Positions 25,274 through 36,493 of a stretch of DNA of 64,000 nucleotides are shown here, one piece after another. The notes below the pieces were generated by a model, which saw only the letters and a program-made list of their open reading frames with translations, ran no database searches and had not been told where the DNA came from. Both the position numbers and the translations under genes were made by a program. This stretch comes from Diadema antillarum (Eukaryota), in assembly GCF_040938485.1 (NCBI RefSeq), contig NW_027271504.1:1364001-1428000 (forward strand), written 5' to 3'. Position 1 is the first letter of the stretch, and each line of letters opens with the position of its first letter.

Positions 25274-27445
25274 TAAATGCAAAAACAGATGCTGTCCATC
25301 CATTTTAGCAATTTCAGATATTTGAGATTGCAGCTGCTAGAAACGAAATGAAATATTTGTGATAACTTCGAAAACATCTTCATATATATGTATTTATATA
25401 ACGAGTGTGTCATTGAAAATATTTTATTTTCTCGATTTGATGATGATCTAACTTGTTGAAAAAAAGAACATGGCGTTTATCTTCCTTTGCATTTAAAATC
25501 TTCATGCCTGTTACGTCCTTGCTTTCGTTCTTGTCCTTGCCATAGTCCTTTCTTTGTTTGTTTCGCCTGACGTCATGATATCAAAATTTCATACATGGAG
25601 TCCTTGACAGATCTTGAGATGCCCTCATCTTCTAAAATCATTCACAAAATTTACGAGCTATGCTTCTGTTGTAAATTTTACATATAAAGTTACAAAATTA
25701 AATCGTATTGCTTGCTTTAAAAACAAATATTATTACAATATTTTATCCATGTTTTACTGAAACTTATGTGATTCAAAGTTCTTTGAAATATCACGTGCTC
25801 ATCATGTAAGAGTTATGTAGGGCCTATATTGCTTTGTATTACCGGATGTGGAAATAAATTTACTTGAATTGTTAAAATTCATGAAAATCTTGAATTAAAT
25901 TTAATAAGATTTAAATGAAATGAACAAATAAAAAGTACAACAAAACCAATGACTTTCCGAGGATTCGGCCCAAAGATTTTCCCCATCAAGGTAATGAACA
26001 CTATCCCTAACACCCCTTCCCCCACCCTACACACATACATACACATGTACCAATAAACTTTCCGTTGAACCTGTCAAAGATTTCAATGTATTTTTGTTTT
26101 CAATTCAGTTACTTCTATTTCTTTAAGATGCTTGAACACCCCTAATATCAAGAAATACTTCGTGATGATCTGCAATGTCAATGCCGTCTCCCAGTCGAAC
26201 GCCCTCTGACACGCTTTGAGACATGAACAAAGAAGGGAACAAAATCCACTTTTTGAGAAAGCCCCCCCGATGACAAATAGCATACACTTATCGACGACAC
26301 ACACATACACAAGTCTCGGCCACACACATATAAATCAATGAGCTTTGGACATAAGGATTGGGAAAGTTAGTAATGCCAACACCTTCCAAACCAGCCAACA
26401 TGTATGGGCGCCCTCTATAGCGCTCAATGCATGTACTGTATTTTCTCTGTCTTCTATCAAATTGTTTTAATACATGTACCTGGAACTCTGCGCATATTCC
26501 ACATACAATATAGAGATGACATAATAAAACCAGGGCAAAGCATTTTCATGTGATCAACACAACATTTATTACTTGACTTACATACTCTACAAGACAGTTT
26601 GTATTCCAGTAATTCAACCATTTTAATAAAGTACTACACTGTATATAGAATTTAGAAATACACATGTATGTAATCTGTTTTTCTGGATACTGCATTTGTA
26701 AACTGAAATTTGAGATATTGCAGTATACATGTAAAATCATACTGTATATATTTTGCACCGAAATTGGTTAATTCCACTGGATTTCTGTAATGTATTAGCT
26801 ATCAGTCTCTGCAAAGATTGTCAGAGGTGCATATTGTGGCAACATTATGGGAAATCAGAAAACCTGTGATCAATTAAATATGTAGATTGGCCTTCTGGGC
26901 CAAACATAGCAGGGACTGTGGCAGAAGCTTCAATGGCATACGAGCAGAAACATCCAGTTAAGGTATGCTGCGGTCCAGAAGCAGAGTAACTTCAAATAAT
27001 AGAGTTCGACTTGGTTGCGAACAGAGAAAACTCAAAAAATTAGTACTGTACACAGTGGTGCAGTTAGGACCTATGGGATAAACAGCAGTTCAAGCTCTGT
27101 GACAGAAGCAAAGAAACATTGCAGATGACACCACATTGCTATGATGGCAGAGGACCTATTGTATTTTCAACTACTTGACTAACTCTGAGGCATGTGCAGG
27201 CATGAACCCATGGTCCAATGATGAGGCCCTTAAATATTTAGCTGCCAGGGGAATATTGGTACGTGTAAAACAAACGGGGAGAAAGCCGACTTGTCCCCAG
27301 CTCATTCAGTGGGCTGAAGCAACAGTTGGAACTGCCCACAAAGCAGAGATAACCTTGGCTGAGCTATGGACGAGATGAAGGAGGCCAAGGAGGCTTTGCA
27401 GAAACTGAGGCAGAGTATGCGGGAATTGAGGGCACTTTTCAATTC

Positions 27446-27800
27446 AATTCAATTCATTTCAACTTGCCTACCAAGATTTTGACGAGGCTGGGCAGGACCG
27501 TCGACGGGTTGGCAAGAGGGCACTTCAGGGATGCAGTGGTGAGATTAGAGATTTGTAAAGGTCTGTTTCGTGCATAACCCCACACAATGGACAAGACAAT
27601 TGAAACTGTATTGAGCACTGAAGCACTTTTAAAGATGGAATTAGAGAAATACAATGGTAGGCCACAGCAACATAACTGAGCTCTTGGGGTAGTGTCGAGC
27701 AGAAGGTTGAGTTTACTAAACAATGTTGCAATGATATTTTTGACACTGGATAAATATAAATCTGTTAGATTTACAACAATGCTACGAACTAAAAAAAACA
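27446..27800 (-). mobile_element. Possible decayed 3' end of a non-LTR retrotransposon
   Basis: On the minus strand a CPLCGVMHET zinc-knuckle-like remnant is followed by a (TTGAA)n-like tail (plus strand caattcaattcaattcatttcaa). Confidence 0.3.
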
Positions 27801-28270
27801 TAATTTGCAATGGTCATGGGAACATAGCCCAGTGTACCAAAGCAAGTAGCAATGCAAGTACATTGCATTAGACACAAGACACAAGCTGCATGGTGCTAGC
27901 TATGGGCTTTATGGTGATGTTGTGACAATGTCAAACATTGTACAATTCAAAACACCCAAACACATCACACTCGGCTAAAAAGATGTGAAAGTGTTACAAG
28001 AAAAAAAATAATAACAAATCAAGTTTCTCATGGTAAGGTCAGTGGGTGTATATAGACAAGACTCTTATGAGTTTCTCCTATGATGGCTGCTTACATTAGG
28101 CTGGGGCTCTTGTGACAGAAAGCTTATGAGGCCAGAAGACTTAAAGAGAGGTGACAGAGCTCGGAAAGGATGCTGTGAGTGGAGAATGCGCCAAGCTCCC
28201 CCCCCCCCCCCCCCCCCCCCCCACTAAAAGAATGTTCCATGGCCCCTGCTCAAAACCCTGTCTTATTCAC

Positions 28271-30814
28271 TCAGTCCTCCTCTTGATCTCCTTTTTCAAG
28301 CTGAACTTTGACCTTTTCTGGTATCTCGACCTCATTCAGGTTCTCCATCCCGGGCTCTGGGTCGTCCATAATCAGTACGTCAATCACCTTGCGGCAGAGG
28401 GCCTCAACTTTGGGGTCCTTCTCCCACTTCATGAATTCACGGAAGATCACATAGGTCCTCTTTTCTTTCACTATCTGCCGCCCAATTGCCGTTGCGCATA
28501 ACTGTTGTGAAAAAAGACAGGAGTTCCATTAGATATTTGCAAATTGACAAAGACCAAAATAAATGTTAATAGGCTATACATTGACATCTAGCCAGAAATA
28601 GGCAGACTGATGGTACTGACAGAGGTAGATATGCATGCATGTGTTTACTTTGCATCCATGCACATCTGCTTGAATACTCACATAAACACAGATGTGGTTA
28701 TATACTCACATGCACACCAGCACATAGATATGGACTAGTAAAGTGCCAAGAGGGAAATATCAAATATAAATGACACTCAAAGGGAATAAAGAAATGCCAT
28801 AGAATAATTTCTTTTTTGTCTATCAATTCAGTTTTATTTAAAGTAATAAATAAATACATTGAAACACAATTCTACTTACATTTATAATTCTTAAATTTGG
28901 TATGATGCCTCACAACTTCCTTAGATTTGTCCAACACATAGGAATAAATCTTCAATGCAGGGCATCAAATCTATATCCCTTTTGAATGAGTTCTCAAATT
29001 CTGTAAAAGTTGTCCAGGCCAACAGTTTCTTTATCGAGGCAAACGGTCAACATGCAAACCAGCATGATACACGTATGACATTTTAGCAAGCCTCAGCTAC
29101 AATACACCTGTTTTGGAGAAAATTGAGAGGCACATGGATCACAGATCTAGCATATCACATGACTCAGATCACCTGATACACAGCTTCTAGGAGCATGATC
29201 CTGATCTCAGGATCCTCCTCCCTCTGTTTGTCCCTCTCGAGATACTGGAGGTCATCGGGCATCCCTTCCATGTCCTCTTCACTGAGTTCCTCTGGCCCAG
29301 CCAGTGGGAGGAGAAGATGTGGTAGGATGTCCACCTGGTCTCCTAGCAACCATTCATGAGATGCTGCAGAAAATACATTAGACACAATAACTGACAATTA
29401 GTTTTCTATGTCAACTATTCGACAGTGCAAATAAGAGGCAATTAATGATGATAATCAAACATTTTAAACATGACTCAATCAATGTTATATTAAACCATTA
29501 CAGGTATTCAAAAAATCACAGGAATCTCAAGAGAACACATGAAAAAAACTGTTCAATTACAGTGCACTCCCGTTATAACGAAATGCTCGGGACCGGCAGT
29601 TTTCTTTCGTTATAACGAAATTTCGTTATAACCGAACAAATACAATATATAACGAAAACAAGGAAGCCACGTGCATAATATCATAATTTATGTTTGCTGA
29701 ATACTCATCATACACTGGAAAGCTATGTGAAATGTGATGGGATAACTGTATTAAAATAATAAACGAAAGTTCCTCTCAGAAACTGTGCGTGACACAAGGA
29801 GCGAACACACAGTGGTGTGTTAAAACGTTAACCCATGCAGAGATGCTATATGATATGCTTGTTCCGCTACGTATTTTCGAAAGCAATTCGCATTTCATTA
29901 TAACGGAGCACATTTCTTTTGTTTTTCTTTGTCTGTGGTGCTCGGAAAAGACTTCGTTATAACGGAAATTTCGCTATAACCGTGTTCGTTATAAGCGAAT
30001 TTTGTACCATAGATAATAAGCGAATTTTGTACCATAGATAATGGTGATAATTTTGGGACCAGAAGATTTACTTCGTTATAACGAAATTTCGTTATAACCG
30101 TGTTCGTTGTAACGGGAGTGCACTGTACTGTGCCATACCAATATCAAAGCAGCAATTTTTCAGAGCAGTCACCACGCCTCTCCGTCTGACCTCGGATTTG
30201 ATGTACTGAGTGTATGGCAGCAGTCTCTGAACAGTGCAGCGGTTCCGATCCAATACAAATGTCCTGGCTTCACTGAGTTGTGTTAAGTTTGCTAGTAGGG
30301 GACCTACAAAATCGAGACACGAATTTTTCTTGTTGTATCCTTGCAAGCAGAATGCTTCTATGAGTTTATTCATCCCCACCTGTTGTGACTCGTTCTCACT
30401 TTCCAAAATTGACAAAACTCTTTTCGATCCGGTCAAGGTTCGAGTTAGGTTGCTGAGTATCATGCATGCCGGCTGAGCGTATTGACTTGAAGGATCAACG
30501 ACAGTCTGCAAGAGATAAGGAATGAAAGTGAGATCCCTGGCGAGCTTCTCCGCGAAAGTGTCCTCAGACGTCAGGTTGACTAGCGCGTGATAGCACTGTT
30601 TCACGTGAGGGTCGCCTATCCCTTCACTGCCACTAGCACGGATGAGCTCCCCGAGAGCTTCGGCGCAAGGAACAATGTGGGTGCCGAGCGCTTCACGTCC
30701 ATCCCGAGTCGCAGTTGTACCGACGACGTGCTGGAGCGCCGTATTTCTGACGTCTTGCCTTGTCGCCGGTGATAAAAATGGAAGTAACTCTTCAATCACA
30801 GATGCATCTACCAT
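28271..30814 (-). CDS. HGH1: Protein HGH1 homolog (FAM203, eEF2 co-chaperone), 365 aa; exons 30814-30139, 29363-29173, 28501-28271
   Basis: All introns are GT-AG and phases are consistent (1, 0); total 1098 nt. Family motifs: ELLPFL, LVNL, ILSNLTR, LANLTQL...R, RRRGVVTALKNCCFD, HEWLL...DILPHLLLPLAGPEE...DMEGMPDDLQYL...KQRE.DP.IR.MLLE, LCAT..GR...Y.IFRE...WE. Confidence 0.96.
29560..30125. mobile_element. Tigger/pogo-like MITE (TIR CAGTGCACTCCCGTTATAACGAA, TA TSD) in HGH1 intron 1
   Basis: TA at 29558-29559 and 30126-30127; near-perfect TIRs; internal 26-bp tandem duplication near 29990-30040. Confidence 0.9.
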
Positions 30815-31192
30815 GCTCAACTATTGTCAAAGATACCAAAATGGAAAATGTAAGTATGATTTCAACGACTGAGATACGAGTACACGATTCGCAATTGCGA
30901 CACATGTGGGACAGTGAGATGAGAAGCCATATATCTAAATCCAGTCGTTTCTTTGTTTTGTATTAACCCGTAATTTCCCTTTGCTTGAATTTACCAAGCA
31001 CAAACATTTTGTATTTCTTGAAGTGTCTCTTAGCAAGTCTATTCGTGTCTCCGCGCGCACTGAGCTTCCGGTTTGTTGAAACGTTATTCGCGTTGGCGAG
31101 TGCCCGGAAAAAACACATTCTCAAGTTGAAAGTAGGCACTGTTAATTATATATATTGTTGTGATAACACTCAGAATAAGTTGCCAAATAATA
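30815..31192. promoter_or_regulatory. Bidirectional promoter region shared by HGH1 and PGAM5
   Basis: Only 378 nt separate the two divergent ATGs, and the region is locally CpG-enriched. Confidence 0.75.
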
Positions 31193-34100
31193 ATGCCTTC
31201 TTTTCAACAAAGCTACCGACTTCTGAAAGTAGTTATTGGCGTTACGAGTAGCGCCACTGCCGGAGCTGTAGCCGTCTGCTACTCGCACGAGAATAAGAAT
31301 GGATTCCTCCCTGCAGTTCTGGCTGCTTGGACGACTAATCATTCGCCTAGTGTCAAATGGGACGCCAACTGGGATAGGTAAGATCATGAGCAGGGAGCAG
31401 AGGTGATGATATGACTATGAGCATCAAAATGTCAAACCAGAGTGGTCAAAATATTTTAGCATTTAATGATGTATTTTTTTATTTCGGCAATAACAATACT
31501 AAAGGCATGATGGAGTTGTGCAAGATTTCATCTAAACTAGGAAACTTCTAAGGCAGGACAAAACTCAAGAGAAGAGGTAAAGCTAACATTACATCTAATG
31601 TCTAATCATTTCACTTAAAGTACACACTTTCCAAAACACAATTTCACATTTTAAAGCATAAACACTCGATAAAAGCACACTTTTGCATTACTACACAAAA
31701 AGCCCTGACCCTGCATGTCGCTGTACACAAATCAGGTGTCGCGATCAAGCACTTTTGTCTGGACAGGCTAACTTTTAGACAGATTGTTTTTCCTAATTAT
31801 TTGATGCTAGAAGGAATGGTATGATAACACACAACGTTGCTCATTTAGACTTGGGGAATCAAACCCGGGTCCTTTGGATCTACTGGAGGCAGGTGGACAC
31901 GATATTGACTGAGCCCTGACTGTATATTATGTGTATTGTTTGATCTTTTCTTGATGAAATTACATCAGTAATCAGCAAGGATTTGAGAACATGTTTCATT
32001 TTCTCCCTTTTATTTTCTATCATCTCGAAATCTCTTTCCTTAATTTTTTTTTCTCTCTTTTCCTTTGCTTTTCTTTCACTTGTTGTCTTATATTCAGGAG
32101 GGAGCCAGAGAGTTTGACGCAACCATCAAAGACTGAGGTAGATTCCAAGGGCAGCCAGGAGAGCAAGCTAGAAGGTGTGAAGGCTACAGCAACAAGACAC
32201 TTGATTCTCATCAGACACGGACAGTACAACTTGCAGGGTGCCACAGATGAAGCTCGGATACTTACTGCCTTAGGTTTGTCAGCTTCTTCTTCATATTCTT
32301 CTCTCATTCTTGTCCTCCCTCTTCTTCTTTCTCTTCTCCTTTTTCTGCATTCTTTTTTCTTCATCTTTCCTCATATTATCTTCTTCTACATCCATCAAAT
32401 TCAGTTGTGAAGATTATGCTATCTGTTGTATGCCAGTCAAATTTTCTTCAAAACAATACATTTTACATGATTCAGAAATGCCAAGTCTCCCAGAATCTAC
32501 AGGATGCTTCCTTAAAAGTAGCTGCTTCCTCACATCCTGAACAAAGAATTTAAAAACATCCCTGATAACTTGGAAATCCTTTACTGTTGCTTGCTGAAAT
32601 GCGTGTCTATGCGACACCCAAGTACATGTATCTCCATGGGGCACTTTGGAACCTTATTGATTTTGATGTTTGAATGTGGTAAGCCCTGTATCACTGAGTG
32701 AGAGATGATCATGAACTGTAAACCATTCAATTGCTGTAAATATTAGCATGCCTTGATTTGACTTAACAGTCATTCTTCTGTCTTAGCTTCGAGGAGTGAT
32801 TCTATGAAGTTTCACACTTTCCTTTGAACGGATGTCATATTTTAATTGTTCTGCAGTCAACACCACGCTTTACCATTTGAAGTTCTGGGTTGCATGGTAG
32901 CAAAACTAAAACAATTACCTGGCAACAATATTATATTCACTCCTCAGAAGCATGTATAGAATAATGGTTGTGCTAACGATTTGTTGTTGTATCATACTTC
33001 AGTAGTTCTTGATGGCAGTGATAGTCACAGAAAGACAGAGCTGGATAAAAATAAGAGAAGATTATGCTCTGTATATGCTTTGTATATAGCTACAATGCCC
33101 AATTCTACACCCATTCCCTTCTTCAATGATATCTCAAGGCCGGGAGCAGGCCGAGCTGACGGGAAAGAGGCTGAAGGAACTGGGCCACCCCTACACCGTA
33201 TTGGTCAGCTCCACCATGGCCCGGGCCAAGGAGACGGCCGACCTAATCCAGGCCCAGTTACCACCAGAGATCCCCCGCATGGAGTGTGACCTGCTCAGGG
33301 AGGGTGCCCCCATCCCACCTGAGCCTCCTGTGGGTCACTGGAAGCCTGAAGTCAGGGTAATGTACTGTCACTGCCTTTTGGCCACCTGTTAGAAACATAC
33401 CTGTATTCTTGTTTAAAGTGTTGGACTATTTTTTGTAGTCGCAAGTTTCATTTAGATATTCAGACGCAAGTGTTTTCCTCAGAGCTTGCAATTCTCTTGA
33501 ATTGTAATTATTGCCTCTCTGTTTTATTTCAATGGGGAGTTTTAACATTATCAATCATTCTTTTTTTTTGTATCTATTTTCATAGAGCCACTATTTCACA
33601 GCCCCTTTTCATGTAGGTAGAGTTGATAGGATAGAAACAAAATTGAAATTTGATGTGTTTTTTTCCCCCTGCAATTATAAATGCAGAATTTTGTACACCA
33701 TCAATGATTATGATTTTAGGTGTATTGTAGAGTGCATTCATATGTTTTTAGCAATCTCAGTTTCAGAAAAACAAATTCTGTTTGACACATTGCATCAAAT
33801 TTGAATGAATGAAGTAATGAAAGTCTATTTTTACGGGCTTAAAAACATTTTAAAATTTTTATGGTACCTTCTTGATGTTTTCTGAATACCAAAGACCTCC
33901 TCCACCTAACTTGAGATCAGTGAGTGTAGTGACCGAAGTTGATCGGATTAGCTATGAGCTTGAAATAATGTTGTGAATCCTTATTTGATTATTCAGTATA
34001 CATGTATCATTACTTCTTCTCCACACTTCCTTGATATTTTGTGAATGAAGGCCACCTTCCATGATTGTGGCATTCCTCCACTACAGCTAGCTAGCTATCC

Positions 34101-34217
34101 TCCCTTCCTCTTCTCTATGAATATCAACCGGGACTTTCAGAAACCAGTCTTTACTATGCTCTTTATTTATGGGTTGCTGGCTTTATTAATCATCAAATGC
34201 AGACACACTGTCACATT

Positions 34218-34254
<37 letters not shown>

Positions 34255-36493
34255 ACACACACACACACGCACACACACTCACTCACTCACTCTGCAACCC
34301 AACACACAAAATTTACTAATCTTAAAAACTGCAGAGAAATGCCTGCAAAGTTAGTTTTCCTGCTTGTCCAGTGAAGCAATGGGACCACCAAGCACCATAC
34401 TCATCCTAGGTGGCAAGTTTCCGCTTTTCTTAGAACAGACAAATACAGTGCACTCCCGTTATAACGAACATGGTTATAACAAAATTTCGTTATAACGAAG
34501 TAAAATTCTGGTCCCGAAATTATTGCCACATAAGTCTAGCGAAATTTTTGATATAACAAAGTCTTTTCCGAGCACCACCGACAAAGAAAAACAAAAGAAA
34601 TGCGCTCTGTTATAACGAAATTGGGATCGCTTTCGTAAATGCGGAGCGGAACAAGCATTTCCTGCGTCTATGGACGAACGATTCAATTAAATCTGTGCTG
34701 TGTGGTTGCTCCGTAACTTGCGTTATTGTAATACAATAATCTGAAATTGAATTAGGTTCGTTTTATTGTTCCGAAGGCTCTTATTACAAAAACAAAAAAA
34801 ACAACAACAACAACAACAAAACAAGTTCTGATACACCTCAATGTCCGTTAGTTCTGAAATGAAATAGGGTTTTGTTATTACGAACATGTTGACGTTATAC
34901 CAAAGGTTCGTTGTTCATAAGGTTCGTTAATCCGACAATGAAATAGGGTTCTTATTACGACGGTTCGTTAATCCGAGTGATATAGGAATTTCAAACGTTC
35001 ATTAATCGGAACATTAAAAAAGATTTCGCTAATCCAAAAGTGAAAAAGGTGACTCCACTAACAAAATTTAGGAATTGCAAACCTTATAACCATCATTAAA
35101 GGATAACCAAAACTTCGAAATAACTAACCTTCCTCATTTTTGTGATAAACAAACCTTCGGAATAACGGACCTTTTATTTTCATGTTTGGATCGAAAAACC
35201 TTCGGAACAACGAACCTTCGGAAAAGTGAACTTTTCTTATTTTATGATTTACAAACCTTCGAATGATGAACATCATTTCATTTTCCGAGCAATGAACCTT
35301 CAGAAAAAGAACAATATATTAATATCTAAATTATGAACTTTCGGAATAACGAATCCTCGGAAGAGCGTAGCTTCAAATGAACAAACCTTCGGAATCCCGG
35401 GAATGGCAAAACTTCGGAATAAGGAGCCTTCGAAGTAACAAACTTTTGTTTAAAAAACAAACAGTTGGCATAGCGAATTGTCATTTTCTATACGGGTCTG
35501 AAAATACAAAAAAAAAACTTTATGTTCTCTTTTAAGTGTATGATGAGTATTCAACAAACATTATATGATATATGCGTGGTTTGCTTGTTTTCGTTATATT
35601 GTATTTGTTCGGTTATAACGAAATTTCATAATAACGAAAGAAAACTACCGGTCCCGAGCATTTCGTTATAACAGGAGTGCACTGTACCCTAGTATCCTGG
35701 CTGAATCATTTTTACTGCCCATAGCTGCTATTTTTGGTCTCTAACACCCTTCAGCAGATGTGTGCTGACTTTACTCTTTGCACCTTTCTCTTCTCGTGTG
35801 CACCTTCATTCCTAACACTGGTCCCGTGTACATCTTCTTGATGACATGCCTTGGCCCCTCTTCAGCAGTTCTTTGAGGACGGGGCCCGCATCGAGGCGGC
35901 CTTCAGAAAGTACTTCCACCGTGCCGACCCCGAGCAGGTCAAAGACAGCTACGAGATCATCGTCTGCCACGCCAATGTCATCAGATACTTCGTCTGCAGG
36001 TGAGTCGCGGCTCAAGATATCCAAGTCTTTCAGATTAGCTGTGTGGGATTGTAGCTCTTTACATGTCCTTATTCACTGACACCTGTCCACGTACAATTTT
36101 TTAGGTTTTGTCACCTTATTAGTCATTTGTGATGCTAAGTATGCAGGCCTTGGGATAGTATGCATAAATTGTAAAGGAACTAAACACATTTTCCTTTACC
36201 CCTTTTCAGAATGTTTTTGCAAGTCACTGGAATGAAAAGTTTTGGATCTATCTTTGTGTCTGTTTTCTCTTGATATTGATTTTAATTAGATTTGTATTTT
36301 ATCAAAAAAAAATTTGTCTTTGTTTTTATTTTTCTTTGACAGAGCCATGCAGTTTCCACCCGAGGCCTGGCTAAGAATTAGTCTAAACCATGGCAGTCTT
36401 ACGTGGCTCTCGTTACGACCCAGTGGGCGTGTCTCGCTCAAGTTCCTTGGTGACGTGGGCTTTATGCCCGCAGACAAGGTGACATCCTCATAG
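31193..36493 (+). CDS. PGAM5: Mitochondrial Ser/Thr phosphatase PGAM5, 287 aa; exons 31193-31377, 32098-32273, 33139-33356, 35866-35999, 36343-36493
   Basis: GT-AG introns with consistent phases (2, 1, 0, 2); total 864 nt. Motifs: N-terminal membrane anchor, [82 protein letters not shown]. Confidence 0.97.
34219..34290 (+). repeat. (CA)n / (CACT)n microsatellite in PGAM5 intron 3
   Basis: Direct reading of the sequence. Confidence 0.9.
34446..35684. mobile_element. Second, expanded Tigger-like MITE copy (opposite orientation to the 29560 copy) in PGAM5 intron 3
   Basis: TA at 34444-34445 and 35685-35686; same TIR; both ends are the reverse complement of the 29560-30125 copy; extra internal sequence is present. 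Confidence 0.88.
34750..35450. repeat. Foldback-like array of (CC)TTCGGAATAACGAA motifs, inverted between left and right halves
   Basis: Left half has GGTTCGTTAATCCGA-type units; right half has TTCGGAATAACGAACC-type units. Confidence 0.65.

Noticed and set aside
30815-30820. TTG start given by the ORF track for HGH1
   Set aside because: The in-frame ATG at 30814 is the plausible eukaryotic start
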